Assembly (NCBI GenBank): GCA_963804165.1 | Contig: CAWDPO010000023.1 | Location: 204,967-268,966, forward strand | Reading direction: 5' to 3' | Length of the DNA: 64,000 nt | Source: an uncultured delta proteobacterium | Lineage (GTDB): Bacteria; Desulfobacterota; Binatia; UBA9968 | Shown here: positions 33,231 through 43,332 of the stretch, one piece after another | Layout: each line of letters begins with the position of its first letter | Numbering within the stretch: position 1 is the stretch's first letter | Program-made: the position numbers and the translations under genes | The notes under the pieces: generated by a model | Databases searched by the model: none | What the model was told of the DNA's origin: nothing | What the model saw: only the letters and a program-made list of their open reading frames with translations

Positions 33231-33618
33231 GAGCCGGACCCCTAGTGTCGGATGATCAATGGCGGGAGGTGCAGTTATTGGCCGTGGACAAAGTTTTGTT
33301 TGCTCGCGGCCACTACACGAAGTCGCTTATTCCTCTACGGCTTAGAATTTTACTTCGACCGCCGGATCGCCATTCCCTAATATGAAGTTTCAAACGGCAG
33401 CACCCCACCGCCGCGGATGTTCTATTTTACATTCAATTCACGTGAAGCTGATAGATAAATAATTTGGAACTCAGGGGAGTAACTTACGAAGCGACAACCC
33501 ATTCCACAATCTTAGCTTCCATCTTAGCTTCCATGCGTACCCGACCTAAAGAGTGTCGAGAATTGTTCCGGGTTTTTGGCGGCTGTTTCGGCTTTTGCGC
33601 AATCCTTGCTATCGCCCC

Positions 33619-33927
33619 TCAGAGATCGCACGTAAGATGTTCCTGCACGACCTCCGGCGGGCAGAGCCGAAGAAAAAGTTTCAGCCCAGCCAGCATGACG
33701 GCTAGGTCGTCCATTTGCCCAACGCCGATGAGAAAATCAGGCAGCAAATCCGTCGGCAAAATTACGTAGGCCAGAATTCCCACGATGATCAGCTTGGGAC
33801 TCGCCGATACCCGTGGGTCTTTGATCAAGCGCGAGAAGAGTTTGGTGAAACTCGGTAGGTGGGTGAGCAGCTGAAAGAAGCCGCGCCAGCCAAACTGGCG
33901 GATGATCCCCGTCGGTTTCAATGCCAT
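33619..33927 (-). CDS. YkvA/DUF1232 family protein (3' end possibly altered)
   Basis: DPRV...K...LAYVILPTDLLPDF..GVGQMDD. Confidence 0.85.
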   Translation of the reverse strand: MALKPTGIIRQFGWRGFFQLLTHLPSFTKLFSRLIKDPRVSASPKLIIVGILAYVILPTDLLPDFLIGVGQMDDLAVMLAGLKLFLRLCPPEVVQEHLTCDL

Positions 33928-34007
33928 ACTTCTGACCTCCGTCAGTGAACAGGCACTGGCGAACGCCACCCTTTCACACGAAAGCTGGCATGAACATCGA
34001 TGCGAGT

Positions 34008-35201
34008 CTAGTGTTTCTCCAAAACTCCCACCGGATTGCCGCGCGAAAACAGCCCAATCACGCCCGCGCGGCAATCTTTCTTTGCTATGACCAAAGCCAT
34101 CGCGAGGAAAATATAGAGGAAAGAATAGTAGAAACGGAATTGCGGGTCGGGAAATAGCAATTGCGTCGAGAACAGCAGAAAAATAACCGCCGCTTCGAAA
34201 AGCGAAAAGGACAGATTGGCGAGAATTGCCACGGCGAACAAAGACTGCGCCGCGGTCAAAAACATCTCTTCAATTTGGCGTTGATCCATGACCATAGGTG
34301 CCATGCTTCCGCCGGAGATCATGAAAACCACCGGCAGCATGCCGATCAGCAACGTCCATTGATTGACCTTCGACGACAGCAAAGCTCCCATGGCCGTGCC
34401 GGGTTGCGCTTTCAGCGCGAACAAGATCGCGACAATGAACTCCGGAGACTCGGAGGCCAATGGCGCTAGCCACTGAACCAGGACGAATTCCTCGATGCCG
34501 AACGTACGGCCGGTAGCCAAGAGTCCTTCGGCGAAAGGTTCCGCCGCGATAAAAATCGTAAATCCGGAATACAAGAAGAACAGCACGGTGAACAGCCGTC
34601 GTGCACCTTCACCCCAGCCTTCGATCATCGCCGGCGGCCCTTCTAGCTCAGTCTCCACATGCTCGGCCTTGGACGCGGCGCGCATGTAGAGAACGAAAAT
34701 CGCGATGAAGACGACCGCATCCATCAAATCGAGACGCCCTCTGATGGGAATCAGAAACGAGTAAACCGTCGCCAGGCCCAAATATAAAATTTCACTCCTA
34801 TGGCCAGGTTCGAGTTGGATGGATTTTTTTCCGGTCTTAAGAAAATAAGTCAGCACCACGGCCGCCCAACCGACACCGATCAACAAGCGGTTGGCGCCGG
34901 TCATGTTCGCCATCGCGAATGCCGTGTATTTCGGGTCTTTACCGGCCTGCCAAGCGAAATACATATCGACTGCGTACTCAGGAAGTACCGCGATCAACGC
35001 GAGCAGCGCGATCGCTAAAGCTTGGGGATATCTTTCTGCGCCAGTTCGGCGGCCCATGAAAGCATGAACGCCGCGCCAAAAATCGCCACGCCGGAGCTAA
35101 GCGCCATCCAATGCGGCGGCGGATGTCCGCCTGACAAAGTGGATAACTATCCATTGTAAGCAGAGTAATGCCGATGAACCGATCCAGAGCCAATTCGCCA
35201 T
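34008..35201 (-). CDS. Na+/Ca2+ (CaCA) exchanger family protein; frameshifts near the 5' end
   Basis: AVLPEYAVD, ANMTGANRLL, PLASESPE and SSKVNQWTLL alpha-repeats; MANWLW start at 35201. Confidence 0.82.
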
Positions 35202-35281
35202 CCGTTCCTCCGCGCGACAATCACATGATCGACAATAACTCCCGTCCCTATTTTCATAGCCAATAGTGGAAGTCAATGCCC

Positions 35282-35313
35282 AAATAAAAAGGGCGGGGTG
35301 ATGCCCGCCCTTT
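35282..35313 (-). terminator. rho-independent terminator (possibly bidirectional)
   Basis: AAAGGGCGGG-gtgatg-CCCGCCCTTT stem; T-tract on the minus strand. Confidence 0.8.
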
Positions 35314-35321
35314 CTTGAATT

Positions 35322-35335
35322 TGGTGGAGGCAGCG
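35322..35335 (-). other. tmRNA-like 3'-end fragment (candidate att site, island boundary)
   Basis: Minus strand reads CGCTGCCTCCACCA directly before the terminator; no canonical T-arm or RNA-gene body upstream. Confidence 0.5.
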
Positions 35336-35659
35336 ACACAGTGTAAAGAACCACTGTGCACTCTTTCCTTCCGCTTCTTATAATGTGGCGGCATCAATCC
35401 TGTTTAGAATGGAAACTTTCCGGAAACAGCCATACCACGTTGGCGAAAATGCAGCGATTCCGTTGGGGCAAATAACGGCCAATCAGTAGGTCCGGGGTCG
35501 CAAATCACAGCGCAATTTCTTAAAATTCTCCTCGCTTTAATCCACGGGCACATCTGATTACGAATCGCGGTCAGCCTGCGAAACCAACCAAGAAGACCCA
35601 AACATTCCCGAAGGAATCGGTTGATATAGTGACTCGGTTTCCGGGTCTGTTTGGGTCTC

Positions 35660-35730
35660 TTGGGAAGCACTTCACGGACAAAAGGCGGACATTCCTTCCG
35701 TTTGATTGAAGGAGAATTCAATTCAATCCT
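35660..35730. repeat. palindromic-site right half with extended leader (near copy of 62801..62870)
   Basis: TTGGGAAGCAC...CGGACAAAAGGCGGACA...TTTGATTGAAGGAGAATTCAATTCAATCCT. Confidence 0.85.
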
Positions 35731-35744
35731 AGCGTCGCAACCGG

Positions 35745-36445
35745 TTACTTGATCACTCTATCTGCTCGCGCGAGCACGTTCGGCGGAATCGTCAGGCCGA
35801 TTTGCTTGGCAGCTTTGAGATTTATGATGAACTCGAACTTCTTCGGCTGTTCGCTTAGCGCCTTTCTTGTCGACGTAGGTTGCGGAGCGGCGAAACAAGT
35901 CGCTAACGTTCACGCCGTAGGTCATGAGCCCACCAGCTTCCACATAGTCCGCCACGTTGTATATCGCTGGAAGCCGAGTCCTTACTGCAAGTTCGACAAC
36001 CTGTTTTCGCTCAGAATTGAGCACAGGACCCCCCAGCGCGAGGACAGCCTCAGCACGCCCCTTGCTTGCGGCCCGGAAGGCAGCCTCAATATCCCTGCCA
36101 TCTAGTACGTCTAGGTATTGAAGCTTCACCTTGAACGCCCCTGCGGCGAATTCCGTTTCTTTCAACGACTGTGCTTGGCCTGGGATGGTTGAAGTCCCGA
36201 GGATGGCCACGCGGGAGAGGCTGGGAACAGTCTCCTTCAAAAGCTCCAGTTGTTTTCCGCTTATCTCTGGGCGAAGAGTTGACAGTCCAGTGATGTTCCC
36301 ACCAGGACGTCATGACGATGGGAATCGTAACAGTCGCTTCCTTGGCAGCACGGGTTACTGACGGAGCAGCCGTGACGATGACATCCACCTTGAGACGCAC
36401 TAGCTCCGCCGCGAGCGCGGGGAAGCGATCGAGTTTTTCCCCTGC
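35745..36445 (-). pseudogene. ABC transporter substrate-binding protein (ABC_sub_bind type), 5'-truncated with internal deletions
   Basis: [35 protein letters not shown] fragments in several frames. Confidence 0.8.
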
Positions 36446-36570
36446 AGTCGGTACGCTTGGCAGTCGCCTCTTTTTGCAACTGATAGCGCAAGAGGCTTAG
36501 CCTCGATAACTCGGTTTTGAATGTTCTCAGCCCGGGGGTTGGCGGCCTGTTCGCGCGCAAGCGCTTGTTA

Positions 36571-36942
36571 TTATAGCTCAGCGCGAATAAATTTATCGAT
36601 TTTTGCTTTAATTATCTCTAACGAGATCGGCTTTTCCAAGTAATCGACCATTCCCGCGTCTAAAGCCTCTTCCCGAGCGTGGCATCCAAGAAAATCGCTG
36701 CAACCAATGATCGGTATGTGAGTGGTTATTGAATTGCTTCTCACTGCGCGGGCTACGTCGGCGCCTTTCATATCCGGAAGATCAATATCCAACAAGATAA
36801 GCGTTGGCTTACCGGAAATAGCTAGTTTCATTGCCTCTGCGCCGCTCGCGGCTTGTGCGACTTCGTAGCCACAACCATGGAGCATCAACGTCAGGATTTC
36901 TCTTAGATGTAGATTGCCGTCGACGATAAGGATCTTCGGCAT
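36571..36942 (-). CDS. single-domain response regulator
   Basis: ILIVD, LILLDIDLPDM.G, DYLEKP. Confidence 0.88.
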   Translation of the reverse strand: MPKILIVDGNLHLREILTLMLHGCGYEVAQAASGAEAMKLAISGKPTLILLDIDLPDMKGADVARAVRSNSITTHIPIIGCSDFLGCHAREEALDAGMVDYLEKPISLEIIKAKIDKFIRAEL

Positions 36943-37153
36943 ATTGTGGCGGAGTCAAGTTTAGAGAAAGATCCATTGGGGCGCAACGCGGAAATTTTCT
37001 CATAATCACAGCACTGCAAAAGGGCGTTTCCAATTTTGCTCTCTAGGAAACTCAAAGGCGCAATTACGGATTTAATGGAGCGGAAGCGATCTAGTTAAAG
37101 AATCATCGGCAACGCCAGTGCGCTGAATCGCCGGGCCGCCCGGAGCACTGTTT

Positions 37154-37696
37154 TTAACGAAGAGATCGCCCCGGCCGAATAGCAGGATTGGTCGACGAGC
37201 TTCGGTGTGATCGATGAAATCTGTTAAGCAATCCGAACTCTTGCAGCTTTCTAGAAGTGAAGGTTCGGGACTCGCTCTGCCCGTCCGCTTGCTGGTAATC
37301 CACCGCGACGGAATCGGGAGTCCAGAAAATATGAAATGCGTTGGCCCCCGCTCTATCAAAGTGATCGCCTAAGCTACGCATGAGTTGCGACAGCTTACTT
37401 GAGACCTGGGTTTGTGAAGAAGAATGGTTTCGTCTTTGCTTTTGCCATTGCGCCTCCAGTCGGGAAATAACAGCGGAGCTGAAGCGGAAGGCGCTGCCAC
37501 TCGACGAGGAGCGATGACCAAAGTTTTCGCTCAAAAAGCCTTCGCTCGTTGCGTTTCGTAAAATCCACTCACTCGACGGGCTCAGAGCATCGCTACTAAC
37601 AAGGTAGTCGTGGCCATCTTTCTCAAGTTCAAAGGTTGCAATCCTGGCAGCTTCTAGCGACTGGCCAATGACTCTCAACGATCTAGCATGGGTCAT
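37154..37696 (-). CDS. hypothetical protein (paralog of 37821..38228)
   Basis: HARSLRVIGQSLEAAR...LSQLMRSLGDHFD...ESRTF shared with its neighbour. Confidence 0.7.
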   Translation of the reverse strand: MTHARSLRVIGQSLEAARIATFELEKDGHDYLVSSDALSPSSEWILRNATSEGFLSENFGHRSSSSGSAFRFSSAVISRLEAQWQKQRRNHSSSQTQVSSKLSQLMRSLGDHFDRAGANAFHIFWTPDSVAVDYQQADGQSESRTFTSRKLQEFGLLNRFHRSHRSSSTNPAIRPGRSLR

Positions 37697-37820
37697 ATAT
37701 GAGTTTTATTTGAATTGTAGGGGTCAGTGCAACAGCTATCGCGTCCGGAAAGACGCTGCAAGCAACTTAGGTGATTCTTATTCTTTGTTATCGTCTCTAG
37801 GCGACATTTATGCAAGGGGA

Positions 37821-38228
37821 TTAGACTGTGGCTGATGGGATTGTCCAACCGAGCTCCTGCAGCTCTTTAGCCTTGAATGTTCGGCTCTCGCTTGGTCCAA
37901 CGGGTCTTTGGTAATTCACTAAAACCGAGTGAGACATCCAGGAAATGTGAAAGGCGCGTGTTCCGGCGTCGTCAAGATGATCGCCTAAATTGCGAAGCAT
38001 TTGAGAGAGTCTATTCGCTTGCGTGCGTGAAAGAGAATGACGTTCTCTTTGTTTTTGCCCCTGGGTATCAAGCCGCGAGATATGGGCTGAACTGAGACGC
38101 ACCAACCGATGAGTCAACGAATTGCTGAGCACAAGATAATTGTCGCCGCTATTCTCGATCTGAAAGTTCGTGACCCGAGCTGCCTCAAGTGATTGTCCGA
38201 TTGCTCTCAGTGACTTTGCGTGATGCAT
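37821..38228 (-). CDS. hypothetical protein (paralog of 37154..37696)
   Basis: GAGG RBS; HAKSLRAIGQSLEAAR...LSQMLRNLGDHLD...ESRTF. Confidence 0.7.
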   Translation of the reverse strand: MHHAKSLRAIGQSLEAARVTNFQIENSGDNYLVLSNSLTHRLVRLSSAHISRLDTQGQKQRERHSLSRTQANRLSQMLRNLGDHLDDAGTRAFHISWMSHSVLVNYQRPVGPSESRTFKAKELQELGWTIPSATV

Positions 38229-38588
38229 TTTCGATCCCCCTCGTGTGCGTGATGGCAAATTTCTGCGTGACCGCCAATCGCGCCTCCCCGACGGTAGTCA
38301 AAGCGAGTGAACCAATCGAATACCAGGTGTAAGAAACCATGTCGACAACTTTGTCCATCTTGTGAATATATTCTCCAACTTTTCTCAAAATGAGCGGATT
38401 ATCCGAGCGCACGTGGCATGTTTTGAGTGTCCCATCCAGCATTTGCCTATCGATGTAAGTCAAAACCAGCGAATTAGGACGCGAAACAGGGGTAGTATGC
38501 TGTTATGAGAATAAAGACTGAGACGAGGCTGTCATGAAGCAGTGAAAGAATTGTTTAGGCGAAAAACGTGCAGCCGGAGGGATCAGTC

Positions 38589-38855
38589 CTAGAAACGTTG
38601 ACTTCGGTCGGAGCGCAGGAGAGCGCCACAGTGATGGCACTTAGATGTTCGGTAGTTGATTCGCTCGGAACAACGCGGACATTTAAATGCTTTTGGCGCG
38701 CGCCTCATCGCCCATGCCGCGAAAACGAAAATTGCACCCGCCGAGAACAGGACCGGACGGACTTCCTCGTGGTCGGCGATCACCGAGGCGGCGAAAACCA
38801 TCAAGATTCCCAGGACAACGAAGACCCACGGGACAAGAGTTGGAATCGTATGCAC
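38589..38855 (-). CDS. small two-TM protein with C-terminal zinc ribbon
   Basis: Two hydrophobic helices, then CPRC-x10-CHHC. Confidence 0.6.
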   Translation of the reverse strand: MHTIPTLVPWVFVVLGILMVFAASVIADHEEVRPVLFSAGAIFVFAAWAMRRAPKAFKCPRCSERINYRTSKCHHCGALLRSDRSQRF

Positions 38856-39349
38856 CGAGGTCTTTGTACTAACGCGATTTGTTGTTTACAACTGTTTTCT
38901 TCCAAGCAGCCGCCCACCGATGACGATCACCAGAAAAGCCGCACTCACCGCGAATAGTAGATTGACGCCTAGGCCGAATGGCGCTAGCCAACCAACGATG
39001 AATACCACGACGCAGGCGACGAAAAGTAGCAGGTAAAATCGAAGCGCGTAGGGCATGAGGCTGGCTCATATCGCTGACCACATCGGACTGCAATCTCACG
39101 CTGTTCAAATCCGATGAGGTTTTCTAACTCGCCGACAACCCTTTGGCGATTTTTCCCTCTATCACGAAAAACGCCTGTGGTTAGGGAAAGCCGTCTTACG
39201 CGTCTGAGTCTTTCGTTCACTAAATGCTTGATTCAGCCGTTTTGCTCCGCCCACGCTACCGCAAAGGGGCACGCGTTTCCTTACTTTATCCCGAAAATCC
39301 TTCTGGCATATCTATTGCGCTTTTGAAGGGACAAGGAGAGACATCATAG

Positions 39350-40312
39350 ATGCGAAAATCGGCGGAGAAAACTATCTTCCTGGAACCGATGTACGCCCTC
39401 GCGGTTCGCAATCTCCCCGAAGGAGAGGACTGGCAGTACGAGATAAAACTTGACGGCTATCGGTGTATCGCCGCCCATGACTCCACCGGAGTAAAGTTGT
39501 GGTCGCGCAGCGGGAATTTATTAACAGCTCAATTCCCGGCGATCGCACAAGTCTGCCAGGTGCTTCCCCGGGGCACGGTCGTCGACGGCGAGATCGTCTC
39601 CCTCGACGAGAACGGCCTGACGTCATTCAATCTATTACAGCGCCACCGCTCGGAGGCATCGGCGATTCGTTACTATTTGTTCGATTTGCTTGTTGACCGC
39701 AGCGAAAGCTGGCTAAATGTCCCGCTCGCGGATCGGCGCGCCGCACTCGCCACAAAAGTCCGCCGGACCCTGCAACCTCCTTTATTAATCTCGGAAACGA
39801 TCGAGGCGCCCGGCGATCAACTGATTCAGTCGGCGAAAACCCTCGGCTTCGAGGGCATTATCGCAAAGCGTTTGAACTCCCTATACGAATCGGGAAAGCG
39901 CAGCGGAGCCTGGGTCAAATATAAGATCAACAAAGGACAAGAGTTCGTGATCGGCGGCTTTACACCCGGCAATCCGTTCGACGCCGTCATCGTCGGATAT
40001 TACCAGGACGGTAAGTTATTCTACGCGGGAAAAGTTCGTGCCGGCTTTGTGCCGCACGTCAGGCGCGAGGTGATGGCGAAGATGAAAGCATTGAGAATCG
40101 ACACTTGCCCTTTTGCCAATCTACCGGAGAAACGACGTACGCAGTGGGCGCTCACCCGCGAGGAAATGAAAGACTGCGTATGGCTCGAGCCGGAACTCGT
40201 CGCCCAGATTGAGTTCACCGAATGGACTCCAGACGGGCATCTGAGACACGCGAGTTTCATCGGCCTTCGCACCGACAAGCGCGCGCGGGAAATTGTACGA
40301 GAGCCCGGTTAA
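39350..40312 (+). CDS. ATP-dependent DNA ligase (stand-alone LigD ligase domain)
   Basis: YEIKLDGYR, VDGEIV, FDLL, EGIIAKR, YESGKRSGAWVK, QEFVIGG, EWT.DG.LRH. Confidence 0.92.
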   Translation: MRKSAEKTIFLEPMYALAVRNLPEGEDWQYEIKLDGYRCIAAHDSTGVKLWSRSGNLLTAQFPAIAQVCQVLPRGTVVDGEIVSLDENGLTSFNLLQRHRSEASAIRYYLFDLLVDRSESWLNVPLADRRAALATKVRRTLQPPLLISETIEAPGDQLIQSAKTLGFEGIIAKRLNSLYESGKRSGAWVKYKINKGQEFVIGGFTPGNPFDAVIVGYYQDGKLFYAGKVRAGFVPHVRREVMAKMKALRIDTCPFANLPEKRRTQWALTREEMKDCVWLEPELVAQIEFTEWTPDGHLRHASFIGLRTDKRAREIVREPG

Positions 40313-40388
40313 ACTCGATGCAATCTCATCCCGAATTTCCTCGTTCTGGCAAATTGCCGGAACCACGCGCTTTCTGCATGTCGGATTT

Positions 40389-40787
40389 TTACCTCGATCT
40401 AAACTCCCAGGGCGCCGGTATCCTCGCAACCTCGGCATTCAAGCGGTCGATCTCTGCCTTGATCTTTTCATCCTTGGTTCGGAGGTATTGCGTGCCAAGC
40501 CGGCCAAGGCGTTGATCGATTGCATAGCGGACGGCGTCATGAATGCCGCCAAAGTTAACGCGGAGATTCTGCTGCTGGCCCTCGCCATCGTCATTGAGGC
40601 CAAAGGGTTGCGGGATGCGATCAAGGTGATGTCGAAACGCTTCCGCGTCCCATCGTGTATCGATGTAGCGCTCGATCGTGTCTGCCGCCTCGTTAACCTC
40701 GGGTGTATCGATGCGGCGCTCATTGCAACCGAGCGTAGCGTCTTCAAGTATCTTGAGGGCTTCAAGGACTCGCACACACGATTGCAT
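40389..40787 (-). CDS. hypothetical protein
   Basis: 132-aa ORF convergent with the ligase, coiled-coil-like end; strand choice uncertain. Confidence 0.35.
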   Translation of the reverse strand: MQSCVRVLEALKILEDATLGCNERRIDTPEVNEAADTIERYIDTRWDAEAFRHHLDRIPQPFGLNDDGEGQQQNLRVNFGGIHDAVRYAIDQRLGRLGTQYLRTKDEKIKAEIDRLNAEVARIPAPWEFRSR

Positions 40788-41352
40788 GCACTGAAATACA
40801 TTCAGGTGTCAAATCCTGAATGAGTTCAGACGGTGCATGCGACGACGACGCACCCGCGGGCGCTGCGTTGTCTGGAGTCGCGCGTAACGCCGGCAACGTC
40901 CGTCGTCGCCTGAATCAGAACGCCAAGCCAAAGCGCCTTTTCTTCCACAATTTATCGCCTTTCCGACAAGTGCCAGGGCTATTGACAAGGGCATCGTAAA
41001 TAAATATTTTCGCACCGCCATGAATCTACGCAATCACCCTGAATAAGCACCTGGCCGCCTAGCTGGCTTGCACTGTCGGGAACGCGGGGAAAAAATCGCC
41101 CGGTGAATCCGCCATCCTCATAAACGTTGGCCTCTCCAATATTGACCCGGTAACGATTTGTTATCTAACCGTGCAATTTGAGAATGAGGAATACTTGGGA
41201 ACTCTGCTATGCAAAGAGCCTCACACTTGCCGCGCTGCGTTACCAAATCCTGCAAAACCATATCGGAAAACCGATGAGTGAGATTGGCGATTTAGACTTG
41301 CTCTACCCACAAACATGAGACCCAAGTCAGGGCTTAGAAGTAAAGGTTTTTT

Positions 41353-41565
41353 ATGCCGAATCGCGCGACCAAGCATACGTTTTCATTTAGCGTTAAATTT
41401 GAAGGCAAGAAATGCGAAGCGAACTACTCTATACAGTCTGGCGTCGTCACTGTTACTTCCGACTACGGCTCTAAATCAGCTCTTGCTGGCGGAAAAGCTG
41501 ATTTAACTGCGCGCATGTTGCTGCGCGAAATTCTTCGAGAAGCGAAAAGCCGTGGCAAACGATAA
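41353..41565 (+). CDS. small hypothetical protein
   Basis: 70-aa ORF with AAGG RBS and protein-like composition. Confidence 0.45.
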   Translation: MPNRATKHTFSFSVKFEGKKCEANYSIQSGVVTVTSDYGSKSALAGGKADLTARMLLREILREAKSRGKR

Positions 41566-42005
41566 TTGAGCGCACCCGCTAACTCTCTCCCTCATGAGAG
41601 TTAAAAATTGAGAGAGCCGGGTGAAAGGATAGGCTCCGGCCCTCTCTCACTGGCCAACCCACGCCACACCTTTTATTTTGTGTGCGATTCAAGCGCGGCC
41701 AAGCCATAGCCCAAGCGATGATTTTCCCCCCTGCCCCGGCAGGCGGGCGCCCCCTCTTTTACTTGTAGAATCTAGCACGCGCGCTGGAATTTCGGTTAAC
41801 TTTTGGCGTGGTCACTAGCAGATGACAAACCAGATTACCGCGAGGGACGACCGTCTTTCCTGCTCGCGTCGTTAAAACCGCTTCATACACGACAACCGAG
41901 TTGGATTCCTAATCCGGTGCGGCGCTGCAACATGCCAAAGCGAAAAGATAATTTTGATGCTGTGCCCGACTTGTGCCCGCCCTGACAGCCCATCCGAGTT
42001 TCAAT

Positions 42006-42029
42006 CGTAGGAGAATTCAGTTCAATCGT
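42006..42029. repeat. palindromic-site right half
   Basis: CGTAGGAGAATTCAGTTCAATCGT, preceded by the TGTGCCCG direct repeat at 41961/41972. Confidence 0.8.
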
Positions 42030-42203
42030 AACGTTTCGGGTGGGCGGTGCTTCGAGCGTCGGTCTCAACCCGAGGAGTTGGTGAAGCGGCAGCACAATCG
42101 CCTGTGATTGAGAAACGTGATGACCGCACATCAATTGTTTCTCTCGGAAGGTCTTGCCTCAGCGTTTCTTCTTTCCAGTTTTTGCTTTGGTGGCCAGGTC
42201 ATG

Positions 42204-43118
42204 CTAGGCGGAAAGCGCTTTCGCGGCGCCCTTGATCTTTTCCGGTCCTTCTGTCGTCAACTCGTTGACGAGTTTGACAAAGTTGGGATGCTCCAATCCC
42301 GATACCAGGAAAGTCCATCTCCAGGCGCGATGGGTCTTTGTCGAAATCTCCTCTTTCTCGGCTTCCGTGAACTTGCGGCCGGTCACGTTCTGCAGAGTCT
42401 CTATGTTCAGCTGGATCTGCTGCAACAGTAACCCGTCGATAGCTCCCCCAAGTTCGAGGAGCTCATCGACAGCAGTTTCTCGCTCCTTGAGGGTCGCCGT
42501 CTCCGCAATCTCGTCGATTAGCATGGTGTCAAGTTTGGCGTGTTGTGCCTCTTCCATCCAATGAAATCTCAAAAGATCGCGGAACAGCTCATCGAGACCC
42601 GAGGCATCACGCACGTGTTCGACGTAATGGAGCTGGGTAAACCATTCGATTACCGTGGTCAAGTACAGCGCGGCCAGCACCGACTTGCTCAGGACGACCT
42701 TCGCCACATCCTCCCGACCGGGGATTAAGCCGCACTGCGCGCCGAAACCTTGGTCGAACAAGACCACCGCGCGGCGAAAGAGCTCCTGATGCTTGAGCTC
42801 CTCCTCTGCGAACCGCAGCAGCGAACGGAGCCTGACTTTCTCCCCGTAGGCGTCCTTCAACGCCGCTTGCGTCACCATGGGAATAATAAATTCCTCCACG
42901 AAAGCGAAGATATGGCAGTAGGCGTTGCCCATGATCTGGTTCAACTGGCGCTTCTCGTTGTCGTTCAGACATGTGATGTTGTCAACACCGCTCAATCGAT
43001 TCGGCAGGAAACGCTTCGAGAAATCGAAATTCTTCCCTGCAAAAACATCGTCCTCTTTCCACGCTACCTTCTTGGAATTGTCGAGACATTCCTGGTAGGA
43101 GTAATTGTGCGAAAGCAT
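42204..43118 (-). CDS. ferritin-like diiron protein (AurF-like oxygenase family)
   Basis: FVEEF, EELKH, IEW...HY and EEAQH diiron ligand pattern. Confidence 0.75.
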   Translation of the reverse strand: MLSHNYSYQECLDNSKKVAWKEDDVFAGKNFDFSKRFLPNRLSGVDNITCLNDNEKRQLNQIMGNAYCHIFAFVEEFIIPMVTQAALKDAYGEKVRLRSLLRFAEEELKHQELFRRAVVLFDQGFGAQCGLIPGREDVAKVVLSKSVLAALYLTTVIEWFTQLHYVEHVRDASGLDELFRDLLRFHWMEEAQHAKLDTMLIDEIAETATLKERETAVDELLELGGAIDGLLLQQIQLNIETLQNVTGRKFTEAEKEEISTKTHRAWRWTFLVSGLEHPNFVKLVNELTTEGPEKIKGAAKALSA

Positions 43119-43240
43119 CGCGCACCTCTTCAACGTAAAGAGATTTTAGGCTTCGTCGAATGATTCTGAAAAACCCAACACACTCTGGCTAGCCCACGCT
43201 ATTTTATCAGTTCGATCAAAGTCAAGCTTATTATCGCCGC

Positions 43241-43308
43241 AGGATTGAACTGGAACGCAACAGTCGCGTCTTGTAGGATTAAGTCGTTGGAGAATACAAT
43301 TCAATCCT
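43241..43308. repeat. full palindromic site (degenerate)
   Basis: AGGATTGAACTGGAACG...GGAGAATACAATTCAATCCT. Confidence 0.82.
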
Positions 43309-43332
43309 AGCTCGCCGCGTCGCTTTGTTCGG

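Noticed and set aside
35322-35400. Complete tRNA or tmRNA gene
   Set aside because: Only ~14 nt of 3' end match; there is no T-loop consensus or cloverleaf.
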